A stretch of 43,965 nucleotides of DNA from positions 1 through 43,965 of the forward strand of contig JAHEXQ010000003.1 of the NCBI GenBank assembly GCA_023252035.1, given 5' to 3'. The translations under genes and the position numbers were made by a program. Below, piece by piece: positions 27,305-34,715 of this stretch. The notes under the pieces were generated by a model that worked only from the letters and a program-made list of their open reading frames with translations, was not told the DNA's origin and searched no databases. Source of the DNA: Actinomycetes bacterium (GTDB lineage: Bacteria > Actinomycetota > Geothermincolia > Geothermincolales > JAHEXQ01). Each line of letters begins with the position of its first letter. Positions within the stretch are counted from its first letter, which is position 1.

Positions 27305-27336
27305 CAGGGCTATTCAGGAAGAAGGGGGAGTTTAAG

Positions 27337-28338
27337 ATGATCCTCGAGCATAAGCGCAAGACCTATCTCCCGGCGCACCGGGATATCTGGTCCAACCCGG
27401 AGTTCACCATCGATGCGGAGAAGTGCACGGGCTGCGGCAACTGCGTGAAGACCTGTCCCATGCTGTACCTGGAGCTCTTCAACAAGGTAGCCCGCCCGGT
27501 GGAGAACGGCACCTGTTTCGGCTGCTCCAACTGCCTGGCCGTCTGCAAGGAAGGCGCCATAACCCAGCAGGGGTTCTATAACGTGTCCCAGGGCATCTTC
27601 AAGACCATGCTCCTGCACCAGGCCGACGGCTATCCCAACCCGCCCGCTGTGGAGGGCACCCCCGGCATGACCCCGGTGGAGGAGGTAATCTACAACCGGC
27701 GCTCCAACCGCCTCTTCAAGAAAGACCCCGTGCCCGACGCCTTGCTGCGCCGGGTCATCGAGGCGGGCCGTTTCTCCCCCTCCGCCGGCAACAACCAGCC
27801 CTGGTCCTTCCTGGTCATCAACGACCGCAAGGAGATGGACGGCCTCATCTCTCAGATAGACCCGCTCTACAAGCTGCTCACCGGGCTCTACGACCTGGGC
27901 AAGTCCAACCCGCTCCTGCGGTCCTTCTGGGCGGCTGCGAGTATGGTGCTGCCCTCGCTCATGGACCAGCGTGGGATGCAGGGGGCTAAGAAGACCATCC
28001 GGCCCAAGGACATCTTCCTGGGGGCGCCGTCCCTCATTGTCATCATGGGCGACAAGCGGGGCGTATCGGACATGAGCCTGGACTGCGGCATCTGTGGACA
28101 GAACATGGTGCTGGCGGCCCACTCGCTGGGGCTTGCCACCTGCTACCTCAGCTTCCTCATCGTGGCCGCGAAGTTCAACCCGATGCTCAAGAAGAAGCTC
28201 GGGGTGAAGTGGCCCTACACGCCCATCTGCGCCATGGTGCTGGGTTACCCGCGGGTGGAGACCGACGGCCTCGTGCCCCGGGAGCAGCCCCGCATCACCT
28301 GGCACAAGGATGGAAAGGTCTGGGAGGAGATGCCGTGA
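27337..28338 (+). CDS. 2x[4Fe-4S] ferredoxin domain fused to a nitroreductase-family domain
   Basis: CTGCGNCVKTCP and CFGCSNCLAVC, followed by RRSNRLFKKDPV...PSAGNNQPWSF, which is the nitroreductase pattern. Confidence 0.8.
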   Translation: MILEHKRKTYLPAHRDIWSNPEFTIDAEKCTGCGNCVKTCPMLYLELFNKVARPVENGTCFGCSNCLAVCKEGAITQQGFYNVSQGIFKTMLLHQADGYPNPPAVEGTPGMTPVEEVIYNRRSNRLFKKDPVPDALLRRVIEAGRFSPSAGNNQPWSFLVINDRKEMDGLISQIDPLYKLLTGLYDLGKSNPLLRSFWAAASMVLPSLMDQRGMQGAKKTIRPKDIFLGAPSLIVIMGDKRGVSDMSLDCGICGQNMVLAAHSLGLATCYLSFLIVAAKFNPMLKKKLGVKWPYTPICAMVLGYPRVETDGLVPREQPRITWHKDGKVWEEMP

Positions 28339-29996
28339 TGCCTACCGCCTCCACTCTGCAGAAACTCACGGGGAACCGGGAGACCCTCTCACTGGTGCTG
28401 AAAGGCGCCGCCTCCACCGGCTTCACGAAACACAAAGGCGTGCTCTCGAAGCTGCTGGAGTTGCGGGCCACGGAAAACCCCAACGGGGTGGGCATCATCT
28501 TCGAGAACGGTGGAGCCTATCCCGATGACCGCCTCACCTACGCCATGCTCTGGGCCAACTCCCTGCGCATGGCTCGGGGCCTGCGAGAGGCGGGATACGT
28601 GCGGGGCGACAAGATTGCTCTGGTCATGCGCAACGTGCCCGAGTACATCTATGCCCTGGCCGCCTGCTCCATGCTGGGGTGTGTGCTGGTGCCCATCGAC
28701 CCGCGGGCCAAGGGGGAGAAGCTCACCTATCAACTGGGGGACTCGGACGCCCGGGCTGTGTTGACCACGGCGGACCTGCTGTCTGAAGTGGAGCCGGCCT
28801 GTACGGGTGTCGGCGTAGAGCAGATCTATCTGGCCATGAAGCCGGATGCGGACCCGGCCCTGGCCTCGCGTTACCCTACCCTCAACGAGTGGCTGGACCG
28901 CCGGGAAGTCATGGGCATGGACGACCGGGTGGACGATTCCACTGCCCCCGTGCAGATAATCTACACCTCCGGTGTTACCGGCAACCCCAAGGGCGTGACC
29001 CTGGATTCCCAGCGCCACATCATGTACTGCCTCATCGGCTGGGCGGCCTGGCGCTACCAGCCGAACGATATCCTCTACACCGGCCTCTCCCTCACCCACG
29101 GCAACGCCCAGGCGGTGACCCTGATTCCGGGCCTGTCCATTCGCGTGCCCATCGTCATTAGCCAGCGCTTCACCAAGAGCCGCATCTGGGATGTGTGCCG
29201 CAAGTACGGCTGCACCACATTCTCGCTCCTGGGCGGCATGATGTCGGGCATCTACAACGAGCCCCTTCGCCGCGACGATGCTGACAATCCCGTGCGGGTG
29301 GTCATTTCCGCCGGCACCCCCCGGGCCATCTGGGAGGATTTCGAGGAGCGCTTCGACTTAAAGATCCTGGAGTGGTACGGGGCCATCGAGGGAGGTCTGG
29401 CTTACAAGCCTGTGGGGGCTGGCCCCATCGGTTCCTTCGGCAAGCCCATCCCCGGAGTGATGCAGATGAAGGTGGTGGACGAGGACGACAACGAGGTGCC
29501 CCCCGGCGAAACCGGCGAGCTCATCAGTCGCATGGCCCTGCAGAGCAAGAACAAGGTGGACTACTACAAGAAGCCTGAGGCTTCCGAGGAGAAGACCCGC
29601 GGCGGCTGGCTCCGCTCCGGCGACATCGTCCATAGCGACTCAGACGGCTGGCTGTTCTTCGACTATCGAAAGGGCGGTGCCTTGCGGCGCCAAGGGGATT
29701 TCATCAAGCCCGACCTGGTTGAACGCGTCATCGGCGAGATGCCGGAGATAAGTGAGGTGTGCGTCTACGGCATCCCTGCTGCGAGCGGTGCTCCCGGGGA
29801 GTCTGACTTAGTTGCCGCCGTGGCTCCGTTCACAGGGATGAGCATTGACCCTGACGCCATAATCAGGTTCTGCGCCTCCCGCCTGGAGGGAAACTCCGTG
29901 CCGTCGCATATCCAAATCGTCGACGAGATCCCGAAAAGCCCAAGCGAGAAGTATCTGGACAGGGTATTGAGGGAAAAGCTTGGTATCGAGGCCTGA
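28338..29996 (+). CDS. AMP-dependent acyl-CoA synthetase/ligase
   Basis: ATG at 28338 shares its A with the upstream TGA (28336-28338) and follows GGGAGGAG. IIYTSGVTGNPKGV and WLRSGD. The track ORF starts upstream at 28209. Confidence 0.85.
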   Translation: MPTASTLQKLTGNRETLSLVLKGAASTGFTKHKGVLSKLLELRATENPNGVGIIFENGGAYPDDRLTYAMLWANSLRMARGLREAGYVRGDKIALVMRNVPEYIYALAACSMLGCVLVPIDPRAKGEKLTYQLGDSDARAVLTTADLLSEVEPACTGVGVEQIYLAMKPDADPALASRYPTLNEWLDRREVMGMDDRVDDSTAPVQIIYTSGVTGNPKGVTLDSQRHIMYCLIGWAAWRYQPNDILYTGLSLTHGNAQAVTLIPGLSIRVPIVISQRFTKSRIWDVCRKYGCTTFSLLGGMMSGIYNEPLRRDDADNPVRVVISAGTPRAIWEDFEERFDLKILEWYGAIEGGLAYKPVGAGPIGSFGKPIPGVMQMKVVDEDDNEVPPGETGELISRMALQSKNKVDYYKKPEASEEKTRGGWLRSGDIVHSDSDGWLFFDYRKGGALRRQGDFIKPDLVERVIGEMPEISEVCVYGIPAASGAPGESDLVAAVAPFTGMSIDPDAIIRFCASRLEGNSVPSHIQIVDEIPKSPSEKYLDRVLREKLGIEA

Positions 29997-30034
29997 GTTA
30001 CAGCAGTTGTGTACAGCTTTCGCTTCGTCGAGTA

Positions 30035-30337
30035 TCATGCCCTTGAAGCTGAAGGTTTGGGTCTCGCGTCCACAAAGATCGGCCGCACGGAAATACCCAA
30101 GCTATTGCTAACAGCTCTGGCCGCTTTCTCGACGCGGTCTTGTCTGTCGGTTTCAAAGTCCCAGTCACGAAAACCAATTACTAGGAAATAGCCGAAGCGC
30201 ACGCCTTCGGCGCGCATATAGGTAGGTGTTTGAGTTGTCAAACCATGCCAGAACTTTGTATTATTCATGAGCTTAACCTCAATAAGGGCTCGCGCTTGCC
30301 ATCCTCGGCTAAATTTGAAGTCAACGGGCCCGCGGCC
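30035..30337 (-). pseudogene. 5'-truncated PD-(D/E)XK-like nuclease remnant
   Basis: The protein-like part is GRGPVDFKFSRGWQARALIEVKLMNN... (D...E-V-K). The first ~22 codons of the track ORF are antisense to the TIR remnant and look non-native. Confidence 0.4.
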
Positions 30338-30341
30338 CGCA

Positions 30342-30656
30342 TTGGATTCATTCGAGTTGACGATCGGTGACAGTCTTCGCCGGAAGATCGACAACGGGTT
30401 GTCCAAGAGTAGATTTGGTATTGTCGTTCTATCGCAGGCATTTTTTGCAAAAGGCTGGACAAACTACGAATTGGATGGGCTTGTCACAAAAGCAGTAAGC
30501 GGCGAACAGATTCTGTTGCCCATCTGGCACAACATATCGAAGCAGGAGGTTATAGCCTACAGCCCATCGCTTGCCGATAAACTCGCTCGGAGCACCACGA
30601 CCCACACAATACAAGAGATAGCGCAAGAAATCGTTGAGGTCATAAGGTGCACATGA
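30342..30656 (+). pseudogene. 5'-truncated TIR-domain gene remnant
   Basis: LDSFELTIGDSLRRKIDNGLSKSRFGIVVLSQAFFAKGWTNYELDGL...ILLPIWHNISKQEV matches the central and C-terminal parts of bacterial TIR domains. No FISH/beta-A segment appears in any upstream frame. Confidence 0.65.
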
Positions 30657-30721
30657 GGACAAGGCGCTCCAGCAGATCATTCAAGTTGCCCACAGTTGAA
30701 AGGAAAAGCTGAGGTTCTATC

Positions 30722-31567
30722 GTGCTAGCTTTGGATCTTTGGGAGCATGACATCAGCGTTGATCTCGGATATCTTGCGGTTCACATTTGTGAGTGTTACG
30801 CGGTGCCGCTAGGACCGATAAGACCCCACGACCTTAAGGAATTAAATGATCGCGATTTTGATCAAGCCATTGTAGTGAACGCAAAAGGCGATTTGATTGG
30901 CGGGATAACTGCATGGCGCCTGGAAGATCTGCGACGAAACAATCAAGAACTTAGCCAAGAGGAAGCCGTTAGCGGCTTCAAAGAAATTCACAACCATTGT
31001 TCCCTTGATGTTCTCCTCGAATTCCTATCAGCTAGCAAATTCGGCTTTATCGTAGAAGAACATGATGCTGAGCAGCTAGGGACCTATGCTTCTGTCTTGG
31101 GGCTATTAACCATTGCTGATCTGAATAAACGATATTTCCGGTCTCTCCTTTATATGATTCTAGCCGAAATAGAAATGGCCTTCGCCGGACTGATTATGCA
31201 GTGCTGCACAGACCCCAATAATAAATGGCTTGAGAAGCTCGGGGATGATAGCTTGAGGCGCATTCTCGGATTCTGGCAGCTCTCAAAATTCAGAAATGTG
31301 GAAGTTGACCCAATCGAATATTGTAATCTAACGGACCTTCTTGTGGTAACAAAGAAGAACCCCGAAATAGGCAGGATTCTTGGAAACGAATCCAGCGCAT
31401 GCATCAAAAGAATTCGTAAGCAGCTCCCGGAATGGAGAAATCGCGTGATGCATCCCGTTCGGCCACTGATAACTTCGCAGGGCGACATAGCTGCTCTTAG
31501 AAACGTCCTCGCAGACATCTACAGCTTAGGAAAAAGGATTTACGAGATTCAACCCAAATCGAGGTAA
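30722..31567 (+). CDS. CBS-pair-like N-terminal domain fused to a HEPN-like C-terminal domain (RNxxxH)
   Basis: GTG start follows GAGG. CBS-like segments are AIVVNAKGDLIGGITAWRLEDL and FGFIVEE...VLGLLTIADLNK. The helical C-terminus carries WRNRVMHP (R-N-R-V-M-H at 31436-31453). Confidence 0.55.
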   Translation: MLALDLWEHDISVDLGYLAVHICECYAVPLGPIRPHDLKELNDRDFDQAIVVNAKGDLIGGITAWRLEDLRRNNQELSQEEAVSGFKEIHNHCSLDVLLEFLSASKFGFIVEEHDAEQLGTYASVLGLLTIADLNKRYFRSLLYMILAEIEMAFAGLIMQCCTDPNNKWLEKLGDDSLRRILGFWQLSKFRNVEVDPIEYCNLTDLLVVTKKNPEIGRILGNESSACIKRIRKQLPEWRNRVMHPVRPLITSQGDIAALRNVLADIYSLGKRIYEIQPKSR

Positions 31568-31625
31568 GTCTCAAAGCGGTTTCTAGGAACCTTTGCTTCA
31601 ACAATCCAACACCAACAATCTGGTA

Positions 31626-31634
31626 TGTGATAAT
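31626..31634 (+). promoter_or_regulatory. Possible extended -10 promoter element for the SNF2 operon
   Basis: TGTGATAAT (TGn + GATAAT) lies about 80 nt upstream of the ATG at 31714. The -35 region is only weakly matched. Confidence 0.25.
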
Positions 31635-31713
31635 AAGGGCGGAGCAATGCAACTTTGAACCATGCAGGGACGGGGCTAGTTGATCTCGACGTCTGTGAAA
31701 GAAAGCATGGAAA

Positions 31714-34701
31714 ATGGGTGAGAATTACCTTACTTTCAGATTGCGATACTTAGCAGAGAAGATGACGCTCAAACGCGCATCTTCCGATGCCGCAAAACTC
31801 AACCAGAGTATTGGCCGTGCTACCGTTGACCTTAACCCCCATCAGATAGAAGCATCTATCTTTGCTTTCAAGAGCCCGCTAGCCAGAGGGGCTATTCTCG
31901 CTGATGAAGTCGGCCTTGGTAAGACCATTGAGGCAGGCTTAATCATTAACCAGCTTTGGACTGAGGGAAGGAGAAAGATTCTCATCCTTTGTCCCGCTTC
32001 CATAAGAAAACAATGGGAAGAAGAGCTCTATACCCATTTCGATCTTCCCGCGAAAGTGATTGACGGCCAGCGCTTCAATACACTCGTTTCTGGCGGGCGG
32101 AAGAACCCACTAGCAGACGAAGGGATTATTATCGCATCTTTGGATTTCGGATACCGAAAGGCAGCGGAGATAAAGACAACTCACTGGGATCTCGTCGTTA
32201 TTGATGAGGCCCATCGGCTAAGAAACGTGTGGAAAGCTGACAATAAGGTGGCAAGGAGAATTAAGGAGGCCATATCCGGCCCTAATGTTAGAGGGAAAGT
32301 CCTTCTTACAGCCACACCGCTGCAGAACAACCTGATGGAGCTCTTTGGCCTGGTGAGCTTTATCGACGAACAGGCTCTGGGCACAAACTACTCCTTCAAG
32401 AAGAAGTTCCTCTCTCCGGACGAGCAGGAATTGGTTGTCAACCTCGAAGATCTTCGCGAAAGACTTATCGGCAGAATCAATCCAAAAACAGGGAATGTGA
32501 CGAGTGGGATCATTATGCGATCTCTAAGAAGGCAGGTTCGGGAATACATTCCATATACTGAAAGAACCAGTATGACCGTGGACTTTGAGCCTAATGATGA
32601 CGAGTGGGAGTTATATCAGTTCGTCTCTGACTATCTGGCTCGCGATGATATTTTGTCCGTCGAGACAAAACAGCGCGCCCTGATGATTCTCATATATAGG
32701 AAAATACTGGCCAGCTCTTCCTTTGCTATCGCTGGTACGCTGAAGAGCCTGATCTCCCAACTTGAGCGGAAACTCCAACTAGTAAGAGCCAGCCAGCAAC
32801 CAGCGCAAGCCTCGGACATTAGCGAAGACGCTAAGGAAGACAATGACGACGCTTACCTTGAAGAAATGGAAGAGGAAGAAGAGCGCGCGGAGGAAGAGGC
32901 CGAAATCGAGAAGCAAGAGATCACTGAAGAAGTCTTGGCCGCTGAAATCAACGAGCTGAAGAAGTACTACGACCTAGCTATAAGGATTTCGAAGAACGCC
33001 AAGGGAGAGGCTTTGGTTAATGCCCTTCGCAATATTTTTACGGAAGCGGCAAAGAAAAACTGGCCTCAGAAGGTGGTCATCTTCACAGAATCCAGACGAA
33101 CCCAGAACTATCTCTATGACCTTCTATCCCGAAATGGTCATGACGGGCAAATAGTCCTTTTCAATGGATCAAACAACCATAAAGATGCAAACATTGCATA
33201 CGCGGAATGGTGCAAAGAATTCCCAGCCATGGCCAGAACCGGCAATCGCGCAACAAACATAAGGCAGGCTCTGATCCACGACTTTCGGAAGAACAAGAAG
33301 GTCTTTATTGCGACAGAGGCTGGGGCTGAGGGCGTCAACCTGCAGTTTTGCAACATCGTCGTTAACTACGACTTACCCTGGAATCCTCAGAGAATCGAAC
33401 AGCGTATTGGAAGATGCCATCGCTATGGTCAGAAACGCGACGTGGTCGTGGTCAATTTTGTCAACCGGAAAAACGCTGCAGACGAAAGACTCTATGACAT
33501 TCTGGCGAAGAAGCTTAAGCTCTTCGACGGTCTTTTTGGTTCATCAGATGAAATCATGGGCGCTCTAGGATCCGGAATTGACTTTGAAAAAAGGATACTC
33601 GGAATATACCAAACCTGCCGTGATCCTGAAGCAATCCAGCTAGCTTTTGATGACCTGCAGCAGGACCTCGAAGTGGAGATCAACGACCGCTTCATCCAAA
33701 CGCGCCATCTATTGATGGAGCATTACGATGATGACGTGAGACGTAAGCTGAGATTGAGAAATGACCAATTGAGCGAACAGCTCTCCGAGATTGATGAAGA
33801 AATAAAAGAGATTGTTCAGATAGCGCTCGGCGATCATCTAAAGCCAACCGATGATCCCAATATCTTCAAAGTGAACTCTCTACCACCAGAGCTGGTTTTG
33901 AAGGTGCCGGAAGAGCTTACAGGCCAACTGGTCAGCTTTAGACCAATCAGCGTTGAAGAAAAGGATAAAGGAATTGGTCGCCTACATCTCTTCCATCCGT
34001 TGGTTTCAGAGATCATTGAAGTAACCAAAGCGCAGGAATTGAGCAATTTCCTTTCCATCTCTTTCGAGTATACAAAAGGCCAACACAGAATCAGTCTCCT
34101 TAATGATTTTGTAGGCCAGATAGGCTATCTGTTTCTCTACAAAGTGATCTTTGAGGGCATTGAAACGATTGAATACTTGCTTCCGATTGCTATTGCGTAT
34201 CATGGGGACGAATGGGTTCCGCTATCCAAAGAGCAGACAGAGAAGCTCTTGACGGTTACCCTGAGCGAGAACGGAATAGCGGAAAACACCCCAGGAGACA
34301 TAAGCAGAACTATTGAAACCGCTCATGAATCACGAAAGGAATCCCTTACCAATTATTTGAAGATAGTTAACGAAGAGTATTACGACCAGGAACGTGAAAG
34401 GTTAGACCTTTACACTGAAGAAAGTCTAATGGAGCTGGAAGATCAGGTTGATAAGAAGAAGCGCGAATGGAATGAAGCAAAACGCAAACTATCGCGTGCT
34501 AACAACCACGAAGAGAGAATGAGCTTAAGGGCTGGGGTTTATAAGCTCGAAAGGGAATATCGGCGTTTGCTTTCCAAGAGAGATCAGGAGAATTTGAAAT
34601 CTTTTGAAGAAAAGGACCTACAGCTTAAAAAGCTTGAAGGCAGGCTGAGATTTAAACTTGCCGATAGCTTGATACTTAGAGCCGAGTTCGAGATTAAGTA
34701 A
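31714..34701 (+). CDS. SNF2-family (SF2) helicase/translocase with a long C-terminal extension
   Basis: LNPHQIEA, ILADEVGLGKT, VVIDEAHRLRN, LLTATPLQNNLMELF, FIATEAGAEGVNLQ, QRIGRCHRYGQ. There is an acidic insert between the lobes and an approximately 350-aa coiled-coil-rich C-terminus. Confidence 0.9.
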   Translation: MGENYLTFRLRYLAEKMTLKRASSDAAKLNQSIGRATVDLNPHQIEASIFAFKSPLARGAILADEVGLGKTIEAGLIINQLWTEGRRKILILCPASIRKQWEEELYTHFDLPAKVIDGQRFNTLVSGGRKNPLADEGIIIASLDFGYRKAAEIKTTHWDLVVIDEAHRLRNVWKADNKVARRIKEAISGPNVRGKVLLTATPLQNNLMELFGLVSFIDEQALGTNYSFKKKFLSPDEQELVVNLEDLRERLIGRINPKTGNVTSGIIMRSLRRQVREYIPYTERTSMTVDFEPNDDEWELYQFVSDYLARDDILSVETKQRALMILIYRKILASSSFAIAGTLKSLISQLERKLQLVRASQQPAQASDISEDAKEDNDDAYLEEMEEEEERAEEEAEIEKQEITEEVLAAEINELKKYYDLAIRISKNAKGEALVNALRNIFTEAAKKNWPQKVVIFTESRRTQNYLYDLLSRNGHDGQIVLFNGSNNHKDANIAYAEWCKEFPAMARTGNRATNIRQALIHDFRKNKKVFIATEAGAEGVNLQFCNIVVNYDLPWNPQRIEQRIGRCHRYGQKRDVVVVNFVNRKNAADERLYDILAKKLKLFDGLFGSSDEIMGALGSGIDFEKRILGIYQTCRDPEAIQLAFDDLQQDLEVEINDRFIQTRHLLMEHYDDDVRRKLRLRNDQLSEQLSEIDEEIKEIVQIALGDHLKPTDDPNIFKVNSLPPELVLKVPEELTGQLVSFRPISVEEKDKGIGRLHLFHPLVSEIIEVTKAQELSNFLSISFEYTKGQHRISLLNDFVGQIGYLFLYKVIFEGIETIEYLLPIAIAYHGDEWVPLSKEQTEKLLTVTLSENGIAENTPGDISRTIETAHESRKESLTNYLKIVNEEYYDQERERLDLYTEESLMELEDQVDKKKREWNEAKRKLSRANNHEERMSLRAGVYKLEREYRRLLSKRDQENLKSFEEKDLQLKKLEGRLRFKLADSLILRAEFEIK

Positions 34702-34715
34702 CCAGGAGCATTTAC

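Noticed and set aside
23367-29099. ORFs 23367..23933(-), 23729..24646(+), 24270..25049(-), 25381..25920(-), 25560..26180(+), 26018..26659(-), 26761..27237(+), 27310..28305(-), 28389..29099(-)
   Set aside because: They are shadow frames over the ACAD / thiolase / nitroreductase / ligase genes. The translations are Arg/Gly/His/Pro-rich and lack motifs.
30267-30656. Treating the 129-aa ORF as an intact TIR protein starting at ATG 30267
   Set aside because: The first ~25 residues (MSLTSIRARACHPRLNLKSTGPRPA) have no TIR character and are antisense to the nuclease remnant. The beta-A/alpha-A part of the TIR fold is missing in all three upstream frames.
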